A DNA stretch of 64,000 bases from Halarcobacter sp. (GTDB taxonomy: Bacteria; Campylobacterota; Campylobacteria; Campylobacterales; Arcobacteraceae), in assembly GCA_963676565.1 (NCBI GenBank), contig OY781089.1, positions 2,528,001-2,592,000 of the forward strand, in the 5' to 3' direction. The notes below the pieces were generated by a model. It was given only the letters and a program-made list of their open reading frames with translations. It had not been told where the DNA came from and ran no database searches. Shown one piece after another: positions 29,286 through 37,990 of the stretch; positions within the stretch are counted from its first letter, which is position 1; each line of letters begins with the position of its first letter. The position numbers and the translations under genes were made by a program.

Positions 29286-30299
29286 ATGGAAAATTTAAAA
29301 CAACTTTTATACAAAATGCTTATTATCGGCTTTGATGGTAAAGAGATACTTAATAATAAAAAATTAATTACAAATATACAAAATGGTTTAGGTGGAGTGA
29401 TACTTTTTGATCATTACATTGATGATAAAACAAAATCTAAAAATATACAATCGCCACAACAAGTAAGAAAACTCAATGAGTCACTTCAATCTATTAATAA
29501 AGAGCCATTAATAATTTGTATAGACCAAGAGGGTGGAAAAGTTGCTAGATTGAAAGAAGAAAAAGGTTTTAATAAAACTCTTAGTGCAAAAGAGATTGCC
29601 TCTTTAAAAGAAAAAGATGCAAAAAAAGAGTATGAAAATCTTAGCTTTCAACTTAAAAACCTTGGTATAAACTGCAATTTTGCTCCTTTAGTAGATTTAG
29701 GAATAAACAAAGAATCTAAAATAATCTATGGATTAGATAGAGCTTATGGTGAAGATAGCGAACAAGTAGTTAAATATGCCGAAATTTTTATGGATGCTTT
29801 AAGTGAAAACCAAATCATCTCTGTACTTAAACATTTTCCCGGTCATGGTAGTGCAAAGGGTGATAGCCATGAAGGCTTTGTTGATATAAGTAAAACTTGG
29901 GATGAGATTGAACTAACTCCATACAAAAAACTTTTACATAAAACAAAGATGATAATGAGTGCCCATGTTTATAACAGTAAATTAGATGAAGACTATCCAT
30001 CAACTTTATCTTTTAAAACAAATACTGAACTACTAAGAAAAAAACTTGGATTTAATGGGGTTTTAGTAACTGACGATTTACAAATGTTAGCGATAAAAAA
30101 ACACTATAAAAAAGAAGAAGCTATTCAATTAGCCATAAACTCAGGAGCTGACATGTTAATGTATTGCAATCAATTAAGCAATGATGATACAGATGAAACA
30201 ATAGATATGATGATACATTTAGTTCAAAATAAAAAAATCTCAATTGATAGAATCAAAGAAGCTAACTATAGAATAAATAGATTAATTAAAGGTATATAA
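29286..30299 (+). CDS. nagZ: Beta-N-acetylhexosaminidase (GH3), apparently cytoplasmic
   Basis: IDQEGG; NagZ signature KHFPGHG-x4-DSH; TDDLQM; no signal peptide seen. Confidence 0.9.
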   Translation: MENLKQLLYKMLIIGFDGKEILNNKKLITNIQNGLGGVILFDHYIDDKTKSKNIQSPQQVRKLNESLQSINKEPLIICIDQEGGKVARLKEEKGFNKTLSAKEIASLKEKDAKKEYENLSFQLKNLGINCNFAPLVDLGINKESKIIYGLDRAYGEDSEQVVKYAEIFMDALSENQIISVLKHFPGHGSAKGDSHEGFVDISKTWDEIELTPYKKLLHKTKMIMSAHVYNSKLDEDYPSTLSFKTNTELLRKKLGFNGVLVTDDLQMLAIKKHYKKEEAIQLAINSGADMLMYCNQLSNDDTDETIDMMIHLVQNKKISIDRIKEANYRINRLIKGI

Positions 30300-31783
30300 T
30301 GCAAGCTGGCTTTTCATTTATTGATTGGTTTATATTTATTTCTTATTTACTAATTTTACTTTTTTTAGCTTCTTATCTTTCAAATAAAAATATAAACTCA
30401 TCTAGGGAGTTTTTTACAGCTAAAAACTCTTTTGCTGCCTTTCCAGTTGCACTATCACTTCTTGCAACTGCTCAATCAGCTGCAACTTTCTTAGGAGCTC
30501 CAGAGTTTTCATATAGATATGATTTAACTTTGCTTGGTTACTCTATTACTTCTTTATTGGCTATTTACATTGTAGTAAAAGTATTAATCCCAAAACTTTA
30601 TGAGATGAAAGCAATAAGTGTTTATGAACTACTTCAAGAAAGATTTGGTGGAAATAGTAGACGAGATGTTGGAGTTATGTTTTTAGTAGGAAGATTATTT
30701 GCAAGTGGAGCAAGACTTTATATGGCAGCACTTGCACTTAGTATGATACTTTTTTATGATATAAGTTTAATTCATGTTTGTTTCTCTGTTATATTACTTA
30801 CCCTTGGTGCATTAATTTTTACTTATTTTGGTGGAATTAAATCAGTAATCATTAGTGATATACTTCAAATAATAGTTTATTTAGGTGCTGGAATAGCAGT
30901 TCTAATTTATCTATATTTATCATTATCTATGGACTTTAACCAAATTTTCCAAACTCTAAGTGAAGCTCAAAAGTTAGAATATATTGATTTTGAACTAAGT
31001 TTTACCAATGAAGGTAAATTTAATATCTTTTCACTTTTTACAGGTTATATGCTTTTAAATATAGCAGCCTTTGGACTTGACCAAGATTTAGCCCAAAGGG
31101 TTTTATCTTGTAAAGATAAAAAACAAGCAGGATTTTCACTTTATGGAGCAACCCTTTTAAGTATCCCTGTATCAATGCTATTTTTAAGTATTGGATTACT
31201 TTTATTTTTATATTATCAAGAGCATACAATAAATCAAAAATTTGCAGGTGAGAGTATTACTATTTTTATGTATTATATTTTAAATGAGATGCCAAATGGA
31301 CTAAAAGGTTTTGTAACTATTGGAGCTATTGCTGCAGCTTTAAGTAGTACAAACTCTGTTTTAGGAGCAATGAGTAGTGTTGCCATTGAAGATGTATATA
31401 AACCATATAGATTTAAACATAACAAAAATATTAGTGAGACCCATTTTGTAAAAGTTGCAAAGATTATGGTTTTAATATTTGCTTTTTTACTTTCATTAAT
31501 GGCTATTCTTAGTTTTATAATACATAGCAACTCCTCAATTCCACTTATTAGTTTTGCCCTTGGAGTTATGGCATATGCTTATAGTGGTTTACTTGGAGTT
31601 TTTGCAAGTGCTTTATTTACTAATAGAGGAAACTCAAAATTAATTCCTTATGCACTATTTATTGGTTTTGCAAGTGTTTTTTGTATGCAAGGATATACAT
31701 TTGGATTAAATATTGGTTTTGCTTGGCAATTAGTAATTGGTACTACACTTTCATTTGGAGTAATGCAACTTGGAAAAAAATGA
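30299..31783 (+). CDS. Sodium:solute symporter (SSS) family transporter
   Basis: Many TMs; SAATFLG, GGIKSVIISD, DQDLAQR and AAALSS motifs; TAATG coupling to nagZ. Confidence 0.9.
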   Translation: MQAGFSFIDWFIFISYLLILLFLASYLSNKNINSSREFFTAKNSFAAFPVALSLLATAQSAATFLGAPEFSYRYDLTLLGYSITSLLAIYIVVKVLIPKLYEMKAISVYELLQERFGGNSRRDVGVMFLVGRLFASGARLYMAALALSMILFYDISLIHVCFSVILLTLGALIFTYFGGIKSVIISDILQIIVYLGAGIAVLIYLYLSLSMDFNQIFQTLSEAQKLEYIDFELSFTNEGKFNIFSLFTGYMLLNIAAFGLDQDLAQRVLSCKDKKQAGFSLYGATLLSIPVSMLFLSIGLLLFLYYQEHTINQKFAGESITIFMYYILNEMPNGLKGFVTIGAIAAALSSTNSVLGAMSSVAIEDVYKPYRFKHNKNISETHFVKVAKIMVLIFAFLLSLMAILSFIIHSNSSIPLISFALGVMAYAYSGLLGVFASALFTNRGNSKLIPYALFIGFASVFCMQGYTFGLNIGFAWQLVIGTTLSFGVMQLGKK

Positions 31784-32876
31784 TTTAAATACTAAACTTT
31801 ATATTGGTGTAATGAGTGGAACTAGTCTTGATGGGATAGATATAGCCTTATGTAGTATAGATGATAATAGTAGTATACAAACTTTACAAACAAAAGAATA
31901 CCTCTTTGATAAAAAGATTAAAGAAGATGTATTAACGGCTATTTCAAATCCTATAACATTAGAGTTTTTAGGTACTTTAAATCATAAATTAGCACTTATG
32001 TATACAGATGCAATAAAAGATTTTTTAAAAGAGTTTGAGATTAAATCAGATGAAATTATAGCTATTGGTCTACATGGACAGACACTATGGCACTCTCCAA
32101 ACAAACCCTATGCTTTTTCAATGCAATTAGGTGATGGATCACTTGTAGCGAAGAAACTTCAAATTGATGTGGTAAATGATTTTAGAAGTGCAGATATAGC
32201 AAACAATGGACAAGGAGCACCTTTAACCCCTGCTTTTCATAAATCTTTATTTGATGATAAACAAACTGCAGTTTTAAATCTTGGAGGTATTGCAAATATC
32301 ACTATTTTAACAAAGGAATACCTAGGTTTTGATACTGGTGTTGCAAATATTTTAAGTGATTACTGGATACAAAAAAATCAAAAAACCCCTTTTGATAAAA
32401 ATGGTTCTTGGGCTAAAAGTGGAAAAGTAAATGAAGTGCTTTTAAAAGCTTTACTAGATGACCCTTATTTTAAGAAACTTCCCCCTAAAAGTACAGGTAG
32501 AGAGTATTTTAATAGCACATGGTTAGAAAATAAATTAAAAAGCTTTTCTTCCATAAGTGCAGTTGATATACAAGCAACACTTTTAGAATTTACTATTGTT
32601 CCTATAATTGAAATATTAAAAACAAAAGAGATAAAAAGATTAATTGTATGTGGTGGTGGAGCCCAAAATAAATTTTTAATGGAAAAATTATCAAATAAAC
32701 TAAAGAATATAAAGGTAATAAAAAGTGATGGACTTGGAATTGATAGTAACTTCTTAGAAGCTATTGCTTTTGCATGGTTAGCTTACAAAAGAGTTAATCA
32801 TCAAGCTATTGATTTGTCATCAATTACAGGTTCATCTAAACCAACTATTTTAGGAGCAATTCATGGAAAAGATTAA
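31770..32876 (+). CDS. anmK: Anhydro-N-acetylmuramic acid kinase
   Basis: GVMSGTSLDGID, HGQT, GQGAPL, KSTGREYF and EAIAFAWLA motifs. Confidence 0.95.
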   Translation: MEKNDLNTKLYIGVMSGTSLDGIDIALCSIDDNSSIQTLQTKEYLFDKKIKEDVLTAISNPITLEFLGTLNHKLALMYTDAIKDFLKEFEIKSDEIIAIGLHGQTLWHSPNKPYAFSMQLGDGSLVAKKLQIDVVNDFRSADIANNGQGAPLTPAFHKSLFDDKQTAVLNLGGIANITILTKEYLGFDTGVANILSDYWIQKNQKTPFDKNGSWAKSGKVNEVLLKALLDDPYFKKLPPKSTGREYFNSTWLENKLKSFSSISAVDIQATLLEFTIVPIIEILKTKEIKRLIVCGGGAQNKFLMEKLSNKLKNIKVIKSDGLGIDSNFLEAIAFAWLAYKRVNHQAIDLSSITGSSKPTILGAIHGKD

Positions 32877-33801
32877 AGAGTTTTTAAAGGGTACCTCCTA
32901 TGAAAACTTCACCATTGAAGTTGCTTCTAGTGATGCAAGTTTTAGACGATATTTTAGATTAAAAGATAAAAATACTAGTTTTATTTTAATGGATTCATCT
33001 TTAGAAAAAACATCTTTAGAACCATTTATAAAAGTAACAAATCTTTTATTAAGTGTAAATTCCCATGCTCCAAAAATCATTTTTGAAGATTGTGAAAAGG
33101 GTTTTTTAATTTTAGAAGATTTAGGCTCTTTAAATCTACTTGATAAATTAAACAAGGATAACTTTAAAGAACTATACAAAAAATGTATAGATGAAATTAT
33201 TACTATGCAAAAAATTGGTGGGAAAGATTTACCTTTATATGATGAAGCTTTCTTAAAACAAGAGATGAATTTAATGAAAGAGTGGTTTTTAAATAAATAC
33301 TTACAAAAAAACTTAAATAAAGAAGAGATTGAAGTTATTGAAAAGAGTATTGATTTAATAGCAAAAAAAGTACTTTCTCACCCTCAAGGAGTATTTGTAC
33401 ATAGAGATTTTCATTCAAGAAATATTATGTTTTGTGAACCACTTGGAATAATAGATTATCAAGATGCTATGAATGGTTCTATTGTATATGATTTAGTATC
33501 ATTGTTAAAAGATTTATATATAAAATTTAATCCAAAAAATATACAAGAATTGGCACTTTATTTCAAAGAGCAAAAGAAACTTCAAATAGATGATGAAGAG
33601 TTTTTAAAATGGTTTGATTTTATGGGATTACAAAGACATATAAAAGTTTTAGGTATTTTTGCAAGACTTTATATAAGAGACAACAAAGATGGCTATTTAA
33701 AAGATTTACCTCTTACTTTAGAGTATGTTCTTGAAAGCTTAGAAAAATATCCAGAGCTTAATGAACTTTATGAAATATTATCAAAGGTAAAATTACCATG
33801 A
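32863..33801 (+). CDS. amgK: Anomeric MurNAc/GlcNAc kinase (APH fold)
   Basis: DASFRRYFR, HRDFHSRN, IDYQDA and QRHIKVLGIFARL motifs; directly upstream of murU. Confidence 0.88.
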   Translation: MEKIKEFLKGTSYENFTIEVASSDASFRRYFRLKDKNTSFILMDSSLEKTSLEPFIKVTNLLLSVNSHAPKIIFEDCEKGFLILEDLGSLNLLDKLNKDNFKELYKKCIDEIITMQKIGGKDLPLYDEAFLKQEMNLMKEWFLNKYLQKNLNKEEIEVIEKSIDLIAKKVLSHPQGVFVHRDFHSRNIMFCEPLGIIDYQDAMNGSIVYDLVSLLKDLYIKFNPKNIQELALYFKEQKKLQIDDEEFLKWFDFMGLQRHIKVLGIFARLYIRDNKDGYLKDLPLTLEYVLESLEKYPELNELYEILSKVKLP

Positions 33802-34454
33802 CTGCACCAAATATGACAGCCCAAAATATGATAGCATTAATACTTGCAGCGGGTAGAGGTGAAAGAATGAAACCTTTAACAAACACAACACCAAAACCAC
33901 TTTTAAAAGTAAAGGAAAAAGCTTTGATAGAGTGGCATATTGAAAAGTTGGTTTCAAAGGGATTTACAACAATTATTATAAATATCGCCTATTTAGGTGA
34001 GCAAATCATGGAAAAACTAGGTGATGGTTCAAAATGGGGAATTAAAATAATCTATAGTGATGAGAGACAAAGTGGTGCTTTGGAAACAGCAGGTGCTATT
34101 ATTAAATCATTACCACTTTTAAGTGAAACTTTTTTAGTTGTAAATGCAGATATATGGTGTGACTATGATTTTGATATAAATTACAAATTAGATAACTCTT
34201 TAGCCCATCTTATTTTAGTGCAAAACCCAAAACATAATCTAAGTGGAGATTTTAAATATGAAGGTTCTTCTTACACCTTTAGTGGTATTGGATATTATAG
34301 TAAAAAGATTTTTGAAAATATGAAACTAGAAAAAAAAGCTTTAGGCCCACTTCTAAAAGAACTTGACTCTCAAAATAAAATCAGTTTTGAAGTTTATAAA
34401 GGTGTTTGGAGTGATATTGGAACTCCACAACGTCTAAAATTAGCTAATATATAA
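33798..34454 (+). CDS. murU: MurNAc-alpha-1-phosphate uridylyltransferase
   Basis: LAAGRGERMKPLT, PKPLL, LETAG and WSDIGTP motifs; paired with amgK. Confidence 0.87.
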   Translation: MTAPNMTAQNMIALILAAGRGERMKPLTNTTPKPLLKVKEKALIEWHIEKLVSKGFTTIIINIAYLGEQIMEKLGDGSKWGIKIIYSDERQSGALETAGAIIKSLPLLSETFLVVNADIWCDYDFDINYKLDNSLAHLILVQNPKHNLSGDFKYEGSSYTFSGIGYYSKKIFENMKLEKKALGPLLKELDSQNKISFEVYKGVWSDIGTPQRLKLANI

Positions 34455-34479
34455 TTGAATTTAATAAGGAATATAATCA

Positions 34480-36453
34480 ATGACTAGATCTTATTATTCT
34501 AATAGCATTAAAATTTTTTTGAATGATGACATAGATAAAATATTAGGTCAACTCACAAGAAAACATAGTCACTCGTTAGATGATTTACAAAAAAATGCCT
34601 GGATAAAACAAATTGATATTTTGAAATCAACATTTAAAAATACCCATAGAGGTCATATTTTCTTTGAATTTGCCATTCCTAGAATGGGTAAAAGAGTTGA
34701 TAATATTGTTATTATTGATGATTCAATCTTTATAATAGAATTTAAAGTTGGAGCTAATAAATATGAAAACTATGCAATAGAACAAGTTTTAGATTATTCT
34801 AATGACTTAAAAAATTTTCACGAAGGGAGTCATCACAATAAGATATTTCCAATATTAGTATCTACAGAATCTGATTATATTAATAATAAGATTGAAACTC
34901 TTCAAGACTTATTATTTAAACCATTACTTGCAAATAAAGATAATATTACAGAATCTATAGAAAAATGCTTAGAATATAATCAAATGAAACCTATTGATCC
35001 TCTTCAATGGTCTAATTCAATTTATAAACCAACTCCTACAATTATTGAAGCTGCACAAGCACTATACAAAGGCCATGATGTAAAAGAAATATCACGTTCT
35101 GACTCTGGTGCAATAAATTTAACTAGAACAACAGAAAGTATAAATAGAATTATTGAAAATTCAAAAAATAATAATTTAAAATCTATATGTTTTATAACTG
35201 GTGTTCCTGGTGCAGGGAAAACACTTGCTGGACTCAATATTGCTAATGAAAGAATGAATATTGATAAAAATGAGCATGCTGTTTTCTTATCTGGAAATGG
35301 TCCCCTAGTAGATGTTCTAAGAGAAGCCCTTACTAGAGATGAAGTTAAAAATGCAAGTAATTCTGGAAAAAAATTAACAAAAAAAGAAGCTGCAATTAAA
35401 GCTAATTCATTTATTCAAAATATCCATCATTTTAGAGATGATGCACTTATGAATAATAAGGCGCCAATAGAAAAAGTTGTAGTATTTGATGAAGCACAAA
35501 GAGCTTGGAATGAAAAACAAACTAGTTCATTTATGAAAAGAAAAAAAGGTCACGATAATTTTAATTCATCAGAGCCTAACTTTTTAATAAATGTTATGAA
35601 TAGACATCAAAATTGGTGTACTATTATTTGTTTAATTGGAGGAGGACAAGAAATCAACACAGGTGAAGCTGGTCTTGAAGAATGGGTAAATTCACTAAAA
35701 CATAATTTCAAAGACTGGAATATTTTTTACTCAAATTTAATTGTTCAAGATGAAAACTATTTAAATAATTTAGAACTAAAGCAATGGTTAATAAATAATG
35801 CAAAAGTAGAGAAAGATCTCCATTTAGCTGTATCAGTTCGTTCTTTTAGGTCAGAAAGATTATCAGAATTTATACATTTATTATTAACTTTAGACTTAAA
35901 TAAATGTAGAGAAATTTATTCAAAGTATTTGAAAAAAGCTTATCCTATTAAAATCACAAGAAACTTTGAAAATGCTAAACAATGGTTAAAACAACATGCT
36001 ATTGGAAGTGAAAGAAATGGAATATTAGCTTCTTCTGGAGCATATAGGTTAAGACCACATGGTATTAATGTAAAGAATCAAATAGACGCTCCCATTTGGT
36101 TTTTAAACGATAAGTACGATATTAGGTCATCTTATTTTAATGAAGAAGTTGCAACAGAATTTGATGTTCAAGGATTAGAATTAGATTGGATATGTGTTTG
36201 TTGGGATGGGGACTTCTATCTAAAAAACAATAAATGGGTATATAGAAAATTCAAAGGTACCAAATGGCAAAATGTTAATCAAGATATAATTAAGAATTAT
36301 TTATTAAATGCTTATAGAGTTTTACTTACTAGAGCTAGACAAGGTATGATCATTTTTATCCCTTATGGAACAAATGATGATTCGACAAGATTAAATGAGT
36401 TTTATGATGAAACCTTTGAATATTTAACACAAATTGGAATAGAAGAAATTTAA
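34480..36453 (+). CDS. DUF2075 (Schlafen group-3-type) helicase with an N-terminal PD-(D/E)XK/NERD-like nuclease domain
   Basis: RVD-x9-IIEFK; Walker A GVPGAGKT; FDEAQR; QGLELD; YRVLLTRAR. Confidence 0.8.
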   Translation: MTRSYYSNSIKIFLNDDIDKILGQLTRKHSHSLDDLQKNAWIKQIDILKSTFKNTHRGHIFFEFAIPRMGKRVDNIVIIDDSIFIIEFKVGANKYENYAIEQVLDYSNDLKNFHEGSHHNKIFPILVSTESDYINNKIETLQDLLFKPLLANKDNITESIEKCLEYNQMKPIDPLQWSNSIYKPTPTIIEAAQALYKGHDVKEISRSDSGAINLTRTTESINRIIENSKNNNLKSICFITGVPGAGKTLAGLNIANERMNIDKNEHAVFLSGNGPLVDVLREALTRDEVKNASNSGKKLTKKEAAIKANSFIQNIHHFRDDALMNNKAPIEKVVVFDEAQRAWNEKQTSSFMKRKKGHDNFNSSEPNFLINVMNRHQNWCTIICLIGGGQEINTGEAGLEEWVNSLKHNFKDWNIFYSNLIVQDENYLNNLELKQWLINNAKVEKDLHLAVSVRSFRSERLSEFIHLLLTLDLNKCREIYSKYLKKAYPIKITRNFENAKQWLKQHAIGSERNGILASSGAYRLRPHGINVKNQIDAPIWFLNDKYDIRSSYFNEEVATEFDVQGLELDWICVCWDGDFYLKNNKWVYRKFKGTKWQNVNQDIIKNYLLNAYRVLLTRARQGMIIFIPYGTNDDSTRLNEFYDETFEYLTQIGIEEI

Positions 36454-37271
36454 TTAAAACTTTCTAAATATTTAGCCACAGCATCTTCATCATTTGTATA
36501 AGAGGAAACATATGTAGCTATTTTTTTTAAGTCGTCATGGGCATTAGAAACTGCAACACTAGTTTGAGCAAGTTCGAACATTCCCATATCATTTAAATTA
36601 TCACCAAAAACTGTAAAATCTTTATAATCAACTTGCATCAACTCATGAACAGTTTTTAATCCATGGGCTTTATCTGCATCTTTATGTAAAATTGTTAGAA
36701 AATAACATCCCATATAAGCTTCTGGAGCTAAAATAGATTTAATTTCATCTTTAAAAATAGAATGAATATTTTCTTGTAATTGTTGTAATTGCTCTTTTGT
36801 AGAGAAATAAACTATTTTGAAATTCTCTTTCATAGCTTTTATATTGTTAGATTCTTGAAGATTGTCATCCATATGATATCTTTTTATCAACTCATTAGTA
36901 TAACTATTTCTTTGTTTTGGATATAAAAAAGCCTCATTAAGATTTTTATCTTTTAGGGATAAAACAACAGGATAGATTCCAAGTTTTCTTCCACATTCAA
37001 TAATTTCATTTCCAATCTCTTGGGATAAGATTTTCATATCTAAAATCTTTTTTTCAGGAGATACAATTAGTGAACCATCAAGTAAAATCATTGGTGCGTT
37101 TGTATTAAGTCCTTTTAAAAACTGTTCACTTTTTTTATAACTTCTAGCTGTTGCAATACTCATAATATGTTTTTTTGACATATTATTCCAGGTGTTTAAA
37201 CTATAAGGGCTAATAGATAAGTCATTACGTAAAAAAGTGTGGTCAAGATCAGTTAAAAAAAGTTTAGTCAT
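36450..37271 (-). CDS. Cof-type HAD-IIB phosphatase
   Basis: DLDHT, ATAR, K and FGDNLND motifs. Confidence 0.88.
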   Translation of the reverse strand: MTKLFLTDLDHTFLRNDLSISPYSLNTWNNMSKKHIMSIATARSYKKSEQFLKGLNTNAPMILLDGSLIVSPEKKILDMKILSQEIGNEIIECGRKLGIYPVVLSLKDKNLNEAFLYPKQRNSYTNELIKRYHMDDNLQESNNIKAMKENFKIVYFSTKEQLQQLQENIHSIFKDEIKSILAPEAYMGCYFLTILHKDADKAHGLKTVHELMQVDYKDFTVFGDNLNDMGMFELAQTSVAVSNAHDDLKKIATYVSSYTNDEDAVAKYLESFN

Positions 37272-37316
37272 AATTATCCTTCAAATCAATCTTGATAGTG
37301 TATTATTATGCTACTG

Positions 37317-37343
37317 TAGTTTCACTAAAAAATAGTGAAACTA
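37317..37343. terminator. 11-bp inverted repeat downstream of the 187-aa gene
   Basis: TAGTTTCACTA-AAAAA-TAGTGAAACTA; no clear U-tract on the minus strand. Confidence 0.45.
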
Positions 37344-37362
37344 AAAATTTATTGAAGATATA

Positions 37363-37926
37363 TTAAACTGCACCCATAAGTTGTTTTGAGCTTTCCCCTA
37401 CAAAAGTCAACATTTCTTCATATGATGCACTTGCCTCATCTACATCAGTATCAATCAACTCATCATATACTGCTTCAATTTTTTCTTCTTGTTTTTTTAA
37501 TCTCTTCATATCAGATTTCTCTAAATCTGCTAGTTCTAAAAGTTCATTCCAAACAGAGCTTTCATCTAAAGGAAATGCAGTAAATTTGATACCTTCATAC
37601 TCAAAAGTACCAGCTTTTTCTAAATCTGTTACATATAATAGATATAAACCACCAGATACTAAAAAATCTTTATATTTTTCTACTAATGGTGCTAAGTCAT
37701 GAAAACTTTCTAATTCACAAGCAAAAAATTTCATTGTTCCATCAAGAATAGTAATTACTTGTTTTGCCTGAATCTTTGGAGGAAGTTTTCTATCAGGAGA
37801 GATTTGTTTTCCAGGTTCGACTATTAAAGCTCCCCTATATCCATATGTTCCATCACTTAATTCACCTTGAAATGATGGTTGCCATGCTAATTCATTTTCC
37901 TTTAAAAACTCTACGAAATTTGCCAT
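37363..37926 (-). CDS. Acidic hypothetical protein, putatively nif-associated
   Basis: 187-aa ORF with AAGGA SD, preceded by a sigma54-type motif; functional label is inference. Confidence 0.7.
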   Translation of the reverse strand: MANFVEFLKENELAWQPSFQGELSDGTYGYRGALIVEPGKQISPDRKLPPKIQAKQVITILDGTMKFFACELESFHDLAPLVEKYKDFLVSGGLYLLYVTDLEKAGTFEYEGIKFTAFPLDESSVWNELLELADLEKSDMKRLKKQEEKIEAVYDELIDTDVDEASASYEEMLTFVGESSKQLMGAV

Positions 37927-37958
37927 TTTTATTCCTTGTATTTATATTTTCCAATGTA

Positions 37959-37975
37959 ATGCAAGAAATATTCCC
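37959..37975 (-). promoter_or_regulatory. Sigma54 (-24/-12) promoter
   Basis: Minus strand gGG-AATATTTCTT-GCAT, with GC 35 nt before the ATG. Confidence 0.7.
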
Positions 37976-37990
37976 TAAGCTTTTTTTACT

